Shown here piece after piece: positions 63,507-64,000 of a DNA stretch of 64,000 nucleotides (position 1 is its first letter; every line of letters begins with the position of its first letter). Both the position numbers and the translations under genes were made by a program. The DNA is from Chlorokybus atmophyticus (lineage: Eukaryota; Plantae; Mesostigma and Chlorokybus algae): positions 1 through 64,000 of the forward strand of contig RHPI01000638.1 in assembly GCA_009103225.1 (NCBI GenBank), in the 5' to 3' direction. The notes under the pieces are model-generated. The model worked only from the letters and a program-made list of their open reading frames with translations. It was not told the origin of the DNA and ran no database searches.

Positions 63507-63830
63507 CTAACTTAATGCTTTTGATGCAAGCATATCACTGTTAGTATGTTCGGGTTCTGCACAGCTGGCATGCAAAGTACAAACCGCAAGACTCATACAC
63601 AGCATGCACAATGGTAGAACCTGTTGAGGTAGAACTTCAGCACGCTTTTGCCCCGCTGAGGCGCGGGCTGAATGATCTCCACTCCGTGTCTCCACTCCTC
63701 CTATAACATCCCAGCAGGCCATCAAGTGCACACCCACTGTGGCCAAGCAGCATGCTGCAAAAAATGCAAGAAGCCTTACCTTGCGAAAGTTGAAGCCTGC
63801 TGCAGCTGCAGCCTTCTGCGTCATGGAGGC
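63507..63830 (-). CDS. Possible first exon of a type II membrane protein
   Basis: MTQKAAAAAGFNFRKVRLLAFFAACCLATVGVHLMA: short basic N-terminus plus a hydrophobic anchor. No family motif recognised. Confidence 0.25.
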   Translation of the reverse strand, partial: ASMTQKAAAAAGFNFRKVRLLAFFAACCLATVGVHLMACWDVIGGVETRSGDHSARASAGQKRAEVLPQQVLPLCMLCMSLAVCTLHASCAEPEHTNSDMLASKALS

Positions 63831-64000
63831 TTTAGCTCCATGTGGTAAGCTCTGTTCATGGAGAACATCACAACAACTGCATTCAGCTGTATGAAAAAGC
63901 AGGATGACAAGTGCAAACTCTGTCATGGTAGTATTAAGCAACGGCAAGGCCGACTGCAAGAGAACATGTGCATGGAAAAGCTCAGTACCGGTGAGGCTGC

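Overview
This is a draft eukaryotic genomic window with four N-gaps, short spliceosomal introns, the standard genetic code and TTAGGG repeats. Gene and transposon content suggest a green alga (inference). The left 36 kb is a nested transposon pile: the 3' half of a Ty1/copia, then a decayed Ty3/gypsy interrupted by a CACTA-like MITE and a piggyBac, then an 18.7 kb copia with a TCCTT target-site duplication (TSD). That copia holds an inverted copia remnant, which is itself split by a 12.4 kb TIR-bounded Sola2-like DNA transposon. Divergent from its DDD transposase, the Sola element carries a large multi-exon cargo gene. The gene encodes a ParB/Srx-like domain, a beta-class (DPPY-like motif before the SAM motif) DNA amino-methyltransferase-like domain and a C-terminal PHD-like finger; this is the most novel-looking system here. 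The right part holds host genes: a CLC-family anion transporter, an ArsJ-like MFS exporter and a divergent ArsJ-type GAPDH (an intron-containing eukaryotic version of the bacterial gapdh-arsJ arsenate-resistance module), and a divergent PNGase-A-like secreted protein. Two short TTAGGG fillers look like telomerase-type repair scars. All family calls come from motif recognition by eye; no database searches were run.
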